From an uncultured delta proteobacterium (lineage in GTDB: Bacteria; Desulfobacterota; Binatia; JACPRU01): a DNA stretch of 64,000 nucleotides. The DNA is taken from NCBI GenBank assembly GCA_963745025.1, contig CAVUWD010000019.1, positions 96,001 through 160,000 of the forward strand, in the 5' to 3' direction. The notes under the pieces were generated by a model. It did no database searches, had not been told where the DNA came from, and saw only the letters and a list, made by a program, of their open reading frames with translations. Numbering within the stretch: position 1 is the stretch's first letter; every line of letters starts with the position of its first letter. Of this stretch, positions 62,120-64,000 are shown in pieces. Both the position numbers and the translations under genes were made by a program.

Positions 62120-62871
62120 GCCCGCAGCGCCTCGATGACGTCGAGCAGATCTTCGGCGCCGGTGAGCTTCAAGAAGATCTCTTCGAGCCCGCGCGCGTCT
62201 CCGGCGCGCAGGCGTAGCTCGTCGAGCGTGCCGACCGCGGTCAGGCGTCCCGACTGGATGATGCCGATGCGGTCGCACAGCGCCTCGGCGACCTCCAGGC
62301 TGTGCGTCGAGAGAAACAGCGTCGTGCCCTTCAGGGCGAGCGAGCGAAGCAGCGAGCGCAGCACGCGTGCGCCGCGCGGATCCATGCCGACCATCGGCTC
62401 GTCGACGATCAGCAGCTGCGGCTCGTGCAGCAGCGCGGCGGCGAAGGCGAGCCGTTGTTTCATGCCGTGCGAGAAGCTCTCGATGAGCTCTCCCGCCCAC
62501 TCGCTGAGATCGAAGAGCGCGAGCAGCTTGTCGATCCGCTCTTCGCGGGCGCTCGGATTCACTTCGTAGAGATCGCCGCAAAACCGCAAGAGCTCGACGG
62601 CCGTCAGCTTCTCGTAGAGGAACGGGCGGTCCGGCACGAATCCGGCGAGGCGCTTGGCCTCGATGGGTTGCTCGGCGAGATCATAGCCGCCGAGCCGAAT
62701 CCGCCCGACGGTGGGCAGCAATAGCCCCATCATCATCCGGATCGTCGTCGTCTTGCCGGCGCCGTTCGGACCGAGGAAGCCGAAGATCTCTCCGCGCGAC
62801 ACTTCGAGGGACAGATCGTCGACGGCCGTGAACGCACCGTATCGCTTGGTGACCCGCTCGAGCTCGATCAT
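62116..62871 (-). CDS. ABC transporter ATP-binding protein
   Basis: GPNGAGKTT, FSHGMKQR, VDEP. Confidence 0.94.
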   Translation of the reverse strand: MIELERVTKRYGAFTAVDDLSLEVSRGEIFGFLGPNGAGKTTTIRMMMGLLLPTVGRIRLGGYDLAEQPIEAKRLAGFVPDRPFLYEKLTAVELLRFCGDLYEVNPSAREERIDKLLALFDLSEWAGELIESFSHGMKQRLAFAAALLHEPQLLIVDEPMVGMDPRGARVLRSLLRSLALKGTTLFLSTHSLEVAEALCDRIGIIQSGRLTAVGTLDELRLRAGDARGLEEIFLKLTGAEDLLDVIEALRA

Positions 62872-63998
62872 CCGGCCTCCTCCACGTCGAAACGGAGCTG
62901 GCCGAGCATGCCGATCAGGGCGACGTCCTTGTCGGGACCGCCCTCGACGAGCTCCACGTGCGTCGCATCGGCGGGAAACTGACCGAACGTCGGGTCGACG
63001 GCGATCCAGGCGCCGAGCCAGACTTCGTTCCAGGCGTGGTAATAGAATGCGGCGGGGGTCCCCCCGTCGCGGGGCATGTACACGACTCCGGCCACCATCC
63101 GGGCCGGCAGGCCGGCAGCGCGCGCCAGCGTCGCGTAGAGCACGGCGTGCTCGTTGCAATCGCCCTTGCGCTCCGCGAGCACCTCCACGGCGTTCGGCAC
63201 GCTGATCGTCGGCACCTTCGCGAGGTTCGTGTGCACCCAATCGAGGATCCTTCGCGCGCTCCGCATCGCATCGGAGTCGGCGCCGACGATCTCGGCGGCG
63301 AGCCGGCGGATGCTCGGATCGTCCGTTTGGAAGAATGCCGTCGGACGGAGATCGTCGGCCAGCTCCGGGTCGCGCCCAGGGAGCGCGTACGAGTGCAGCG
63401 CTGCCTCGTCGTCGCGCTCGATGACGAGTACGTCGTTTTCGAGTCGTTGACGCGGGGGAAACGACAGCGCCGCAGGCGCCGGAGCCGCGGAGACCCGCAG
63501 TCGCAGCCGGCGAGCGCTCCGCGGCTCCGCGATCGCGCGTGCGACCGTGATCGCCGCCGCGGTGCCGAGGTCGACGCCGCCGCTGTCGATTCCGCTCATC
63601 GCGGCGCTCGCGTCCTTCTCGCGAACGATCGTCATGCCGAGCGGCCCTTCTTCCTTGACGACCTCTCCGCTGGCGTCGACCCACAAGCGGAAATGCGAGC
63701 CTTGATACTCCTCGTCCACCCGGTACGCGGAGCGAGCTCCGGCGGGCAACGTGACGCGTTCCATCGGCCCCACGGTCAAGGAAACGGGGGCGGGCGTGTT
63801 GCTCAGCGGGTCGAAGAGCGCGTAGCGCAGCGTTCGACCCTTCTCGAGGCGTTCCTGGCCGAGGAAATCCGCCAGCGTCTCGGAGAGCGCGATGGGTGGC
63901 GACATCGGCATGTGGACGGCCCGCGCGCCGGGGGAGTCGGAGGTGAGCGCGAGCTCGTTTCCCTGCGCGATGCCCCGGAGCGTGAAGTCGATGGTGCC
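62868..63998 (-). CDS. Transglutaminase-like protein (5' end beyond the window)
   Basis: GDCNEHA, YYHAWNEV, DPT Cys-His-Asp triad; frame stays open to the window edge. Confidence 0.88.
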   Translation of the reverse strand, partial: GTIDFTLRGIAQGNELALTSDSPGARAVHMPMSPPIALSETLADFLGQERLEKGRTLRYALFDPLSNTPAPVSLTVGPMERVTLPAGARSAYRVDEEYQGSHFRLWVDASGEVVKEEGPLGMTIVREKDASAAMSGIDSGGVDLGTAAAITVARAIAEPRSARRLRLRVSAAPAPAALSFPPRQRLENDVLVIERDDEAALHSYALPGRDPELADDLRPTAFFQTDDPSIRRLAAEIVGADSDAMRSARRILDWVHTNLAKVPTISVPNAVEVLAERKGDCNEHAVLYATLARAAGLPARMVAGVVYMPRDGGTPAAFYYHAWNEVWLGAWIAVDPTFGQFPADATHVELVEGGPDKDVALIGMLGQLRFDVEEAG

Positions 63999-64000
63999 CG

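Overview
High-GC bacterial chromosome segment, mostly housekeeping and envelope genes. Gene content suggests a diderm deltaproteobacteria-like lineage, possibly Candidatus Binatia (inference). In order: tRNA-Arg, suhB, the tRNA-Gln-prs-rplY-pth-rpsF-priB/ssb-rpsR-DUF2232-rplI cluster, murJ, yebC-ruvCAB, an NtrY-like kinase followed by an apparent receiver-domain::LpxC fusion, a PilZ protein, a full type II secretion operon (gspC-N), ctpA-xseA-M23-xseB-ispA-tlyA-dksA-like, rpoZ, dnaJ/cbpA-cbpM-rpoH-like, ychF-like, threonine dehydratase, an orphan flavin-dependent halogenase next to lon, trmI, a heterodimeric ABC exporter, a type IV minor-pilin operon divergent from pilB with sigma54-type promoters, and a transglutaminase-like/ABC operon. 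About 12 single-base indels break 9 genes and are most likely read or assembly errors. Best leads: (1) a two-component system whose output appears to be the lipid A enzyme LpxC; (2) a ~250-nt multi-hairpin repeat in three copies with conserved loops and compensatory stems; (3) a family of heptamer-repeat palindromes, including insertions in pseudopilin leaders; (4) a 6S-RNA-like rod upstream of yebC; (5) ispE and dxs both absent from their usual loci. All family calls come from motif recognition by eye; no searches were run.
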